A stretch of 64,000 nucleotides of DNA. It comes from Scenedesmus sp. PABB004 (taxonomy: Eukaryota). The notes under the pieces are model-generated. The model saw only the letters and a program-made list of their open reading frames with translations. It was not told where the DNA came from and ran no database searches. The stretch covers positions 434,001-498,000 of the forward strand of contig JABVCE010000009.1 in NCBI GenBank assembly GCA_014905635.1, read 5' to 3'. Below are positions 59,601 through 64,000 of this stretch, one piece after another; the stretch's first letter is position 1; each line of letters starts with the position of its first letter. The position numbers and the translations under genes are program-made.

Positions 59601-62600
59601 GGCAGCAGCTTCATGTCGCCAGCGGCGCAGCCGGACGGCGGCGCAGCGGGTACAGCGGGCGGGCCGGCGGCGCCAGCAGGCGCCAGCAGCGGCGCCGCCG
59701 AGGTGGCGCTGGCGCTGAACCAGGACCTGGTGGCGGCAGCGGTGAAGTTGGAGGGCCTGGCGCGGCGGCTGGAGCTGGCGGAGCGTGAGAAGGAGCGCGT
59801 CGGCGCGAGCCTGGCGGAGGCGCAGGTGCGGCGGCCTGGCGGCGCGCTGCGAGGGCGGCGGCTTGCACGAGGGGGCTGGTGCAGGAGGAGGGGGGCGGAG
59901 GCTCGCAGCTCACCGGCTGCCTGCGGTCGCGACACGCGCTGGCACCCACGCCGCGTGTGGCGCCGCCTGCTGCCACGCAGGCCCACAACGCCGAGCTCGA
60001 GCAGCGCCTCGCGCAGGTCAGCGCCGAGCTGTCCACCAGCCGCGCGCTGGAGGGCTGCCTTCAGGCGCGCCTCGCGGCTTCGGTTCCTGCGGCGCAGCTG
60101 GAGGACGCCGTGGCGCGCCTCGAAGCGGCCGAGGCGGCCTCGAGCCAGCAGGGCGGCGCGGCAGCGGCGCTGCTGGCGCGCGCCGAGGACGCGGAGCGGC
60201 GGCTCGCCGAACTGGGCGGCCGCAAGCAGCGGCAGCTCGCGGACATCACCAACCTCAGGTGGGCAGCCAGCCTCGCCGCTCGCCGCTGGCCGCTCGCCGG
60301 CGGGGCCGCCCCGCGCAGGCGCGCGCGCGCGCGCACGCGCTCATGGCCCGCGCCGCGCCCGCCGCCGCTCCAGGTCGGCGGTGTGCGAGCTGTCGAGCGG
60401 GTCGGACGCCGCCGCGGCGCTGGGGAAGCTGCACGGCGAGCTGGACCACGCGCGCGCCAAGGAGTCGCTCGCCCGCAGCGCGCTCAACCGCAGCGAGGCC
60501 GAGCGCAGCGAGCTCGAGCGCCAGGCGCGCGGGCTGCGGCAGCAGGTCGCCAGCCTCGGCGCGCAGCTCGCCGTCGCGCAGGACCACGCGCGCTGGGCAG
60601 AGTCGGAGCTGCTCGACTCGCTCACGCGCCTGGAGCTGGGCCTCGCGAGCGGCGTGGAGGGCTGGAAGGCGAGCCGCTGGGCGGCCAAGCTGGAGACGCT
60701 TAAGGCGCGCAACGACGGCCTCGCCACGGGCCTGGCGGCCGCGGTGCGGCGGCTCGCCAAGCTCGAAGACGCGGCACAGGAGGGCGAGCTGCGCGCGGAG
60801 CTGGCCGAGGTGGGTCGCAGGGCAGGGGGTGGGCCAGGCGGGCCCCGGCTGCGCGTGCCGGCGGTGGGGCCGGCCAGCGCGACGGGCACGCTGCGCGCCC
60901 GCGCGCCGCCCGCGCGCGCCGCAGGACGTGCAGTCGCTGCTCGCGCGCGGCGCGTCGGACGTGCAGCGCGAGGCGGCGGCGCTGAAGCAGCAGCACGTCG
61001 CGCTCCGGCTCGAGGCGGGGCGGCTGGGCCGCGCCGAGCTGCTGCTGCGCCAAAAGGTGGCCTACCTGGAGCGCGTCAACGCGGAGCTCTGCGAGCTGCT
61101 CGAGCGCGGCGACGCCGAGGCGCTCGCCGCCGCGGGCGGGCTGCAGGCGGAGAAGCGGGAGCTGCTGGCGCGCATGCGCGCGCTGCAGGAGGAGGTGCGC
61201 TTGCGCGACGCGGCCGCGCGCTGGGGCTCCCAGCGCGGCAGCCTCTGAGCGCCGACCGGCGCCACCGCAGGTGGTGCGGCTCCAGGACCGCAGCGGCAGC
61301 CTGCTGGCGGAGCTGGAGGAGGCCAAGGCCGCGCGCGGCGGCAGGGCCGGCGCCAGCGCCGGCGCCGGCGCGCCCGCCGCCGGCGCGCAAGGCGGGCGCG
61401 ACGCGGCGTCGCTCGCTGCGGTCACGCACGCCGCGGTGGCGGACAAGGAGCTGCTGCTGGCGCAGATCGACAGCCTCAAGGAGGTGCGCCCCTGTTTTGA
61501 CGCTGCGTCGGCGGCGCTGGGCCGGCGGCCCGCGGCCAGCCAGGGGAGGCCTGCGCTGCGCGCGCTGACCGCCGCCGCCGCACGACCACAGGCGCGCACC
61601 GAGGCGGAGCACATGCGCCAGGAGTGCCGCGACCTGCAGGCGCAGCTCGAGCGCCAGCAGGCGCAGCTGGAGGACCTGCAGGTGTGCGCACGCGGCCGCT
61701 CAGCGCCGGGCCCCGTCGCTGGCCCTGCCGCTGGTCGCCGGCGCGGCCGCCCAGCCTTGCCTCTCCCCCCTCTCTCCCCGCTGCTGCAGTCCTCCTATGA
61801 CGACGTCCTGGAGCGCCTCAAGGGGCAGAGCGCCTCGCTGCTGCACGCGCTCGGCAGCGAGGGCGGCGCGACGGGCGCGACGCACGACACGGCGCTCACG
61901 CAGGCGCGCGGCGCGCGGGCTGGGGCGCCCGGCCGCGCACACCGCGGCGCCGCGCTCACCGCCCCCCGCGGCCGCCGCCGCGCCGCGCGGGCTCGGCCCG
62001 CAGCTGCGCTCCGTGGCAGAGGCGGCGACGCGCGAGCTGCATGCCAAGGTCGCGGACCGGGAGGCGCAGCTCGCGGCGCTCGCGGGCCGCCTCGCGGAGC
62101 ACCAGGCCGCGTACCTCGCGCAGCACGCCAAGGACCGGGCGGAGATTGAGGCACTGAGCAACAAGCTCTTCGACAGCGGCGCCGCGAGCATCGCGGGTGC
62201 GTGGCGGCGGGTGGCGTGTGTTTGGGTTGGTTGGCTGGTGTTCGAGGGGAGGGGCGCTGCGGCGCACGGCGCGTTGAGCCACTGTCGCCACCGCGGCGCG
62301 CGTGCGCCGCAGGGCTCAAGGCGAACCTCTCGCGCACGACGGCGGCGCTCGCGGCGACGGGCAACGGCCGCGAGCAGGTGCGCGCGGTGGCGCGGCGTGC
62401 CGTGCTGCGCACGCCTGTGCTGCTGCGCGCCGCCTGAGCCCCGCTGCCGCGCGCCCTCCGGCCGCAGCTGCCATACGAGCAGCTGCGCCTGCTGCTGGAG
62501 GAGCGCTCCAGCGAGGCGGAGGTGCTGCGCAGCCGGCTGGAGCAGCGCGAGGCGAGCCTGGAGGTCATGCGCAAAAACTACGAGGCGCAGGTGCGCGGGC

Positions 62601-64000
62601 AGGCCGGCAGGCAGGCAGGCGGGCCGCGGCTCCTGCGGTGTGTGCGTGCCGCGCTGGCGCCGGGCGACACGCGTGCCCGCGCCGCCCGCCTGCGCGCGCG
62701 CGCGCGCGCGCGCGCGCTGCCAGGCTCAGCGCCAGGACGCGGAGGTGCAGCGCCTGACCGCCGCGCTCGCGGCGGCGCCGCGTGAGGACCCCAACGCGCC
62801 CAGCGCGCGCCAGGCGCTGCACAAGCTCGCTGCCGAGGTGCGGGCGGTCCCTCCCGCGCGCGTCGTGGGCACGGGCCGGGGCTGCGCCGCCGCCGCCGGC
62901 TCAGCTGCGCGTGCGCGCGCTTCGCAGGCGCGCCTCAAGGACGAGCGCCTGCGCCAGCTTCGCGCCGCGATCAAGGCCCTGGAGGGCAAGCTCTCCCAGC
63001 TGCTGAAGGACAAGACAGACCTGTGAGGCGCCCCGGCGCGGCGCGGCAGGGGCGCACCGGCTGCGCTGCGGCAGCTTGGCCACAACCCCCGTGCGCTTGC
63101 TCACCCTCGCAGCGTGATGCAGGCGAGCAGCTGGGTGGAGCAGGAGCACCTGGACGAGCGGCTCGCCGAGCTGGAGGCGCAAAAGGCGGAGCTCGCCGCG
63201 CAGCTCGCGGAGGCGCAGGCCGAGCTCGCGGCGGCGCGCGCCGCGGCGGCCGCACAGGACGCGGCACTGCGCAAGCAGCGCGAGCAGCTGCTGCACGAGC
63301 GCGAGGCCGCGGCGCGGCTGCGCGCGGCGCTGGCCAAGGAGCAGGGCCTGGTGTCCGCGCTGCGCGCCAAGGCGGCCAAGGTGCGGCGCCGGCAGGCTTT
63401 GGGGGGCGGGGGGCGGGGCGGGGCGGCCACCTGAGGCCGCCGAGCCGGCATCAACGCCGCGCGCGCGCTGCGCCGCGCGCAGGCCGCCGCCGACGCGCCG
63501 GCGGGCAGCCAGGAGGCGCTGGCGCTGCAGGTCGCGGCACTGCAGGGCCGCGTGGCCGAGCTGGAACTGGAGGTCCAGCGCCTGACCGCGCAGCTGCGCC
63601 GCCAGGCCGCGCTTGCAGAGCCCAGCGGCAAGGCGCCGCGCGGCGGCGAGGGCCTGCCGGCGGTGCGCATCGGCAAGGCCAGGCCCAGCCTGGGTGAGGG
63701 CGTGTCGTCGCCGGGCACGCCTGACATGGGCCCGCCCGCACCCGGCGGCGCCGCGCGGGGGCTGCCCAGCAGCGATGGCGGCGGCGGCAAGCCCAGCCGC
63801 CTGTCGAGCGCCACCGGCGCGGCGGGCAAGGCGGGGCCGGCGCCAGATGCCAGCCGGCCCGGCAGCCCAGGCGGGAGCGCCGCGGGCGCGCAGCCGAGCG
63901 CGGACGGCGGCGCGAGCGCCTCTGCCCCGGGCGGCGTGAGCTACGCGCCGCAGGCGTGGGAGGAGTCCAAGCAGCAGCAGGCGCGCATCGAGGCGCTCAG
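53693..64000 (+). CDS. CEP290: Centrosomal/transition-zone coiled-coil protein CEP290; more than 30 exons, runs off the window end
   Basis: Long coiled-coil exons with the diagnostic block YESGVYGLPQ|AAQEIRQLK..LLRRKAGL..LRSVNALLERQ|VSDLEEERRKLR..GRAALEMGLSSEQL, and ALGKLHGEL. Confidence 0.88.

Noticed and set aside
1..64000. tRNA, rRNA or mobile-element genes
   Set aside because: None recognised by eye; tRNAscan-SE, Infernal and repeat searches were not run, so small RNAs could be missed.

Overview
Very GC-rich (roughly 80% by eye), intron-rich eukaryotic nuclear DNA, most consistent with a chlorophyte green alga. The evidence is plastid-targeted SecE, iojap and ROQH1-like genes, flagellar IFT80 and CEP290, short GT/GC-AG introns and TGTAA motifs. 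Most long ORFs in the track are GC artefacts. Hand splicing gives 19 tightly packed genes: MED14 (partial), PP2C, START-domain protein, Ubl/deiodinase-like selenoprotein, ankyrin protein, secreted LRR protein, PAM16, ARID/Cys-motif protein, clade-A-like PP2C, IFT80, SecE, DUF3067, UFSP2, NHA-type antiporter, iojap/RsfS, MCCB, ROQH1-like SDR, STI1-domain protein and CEP290 (partial). The stand-out is the gene at 13149-15531. A ubiquitin-like domain with an intact RLRGG-M junction is fused to an iodothyronine-deiodinase-like domain. An in-frame TGA (14827-14829, AGSHS-U-PPF) falls on the catalytic selenocysteine position, and a well-formed SECIS with a non-canonical C-rich apex follows at 15591-15674. 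Also notable are an unusually high frequency of GC-AG introns and an inverted copy of the PAM16/ARID intergenic region that carries a 23-nt templated insert from the selenoprotein gene. All family assignments come from recognised motifs, not from database searches.
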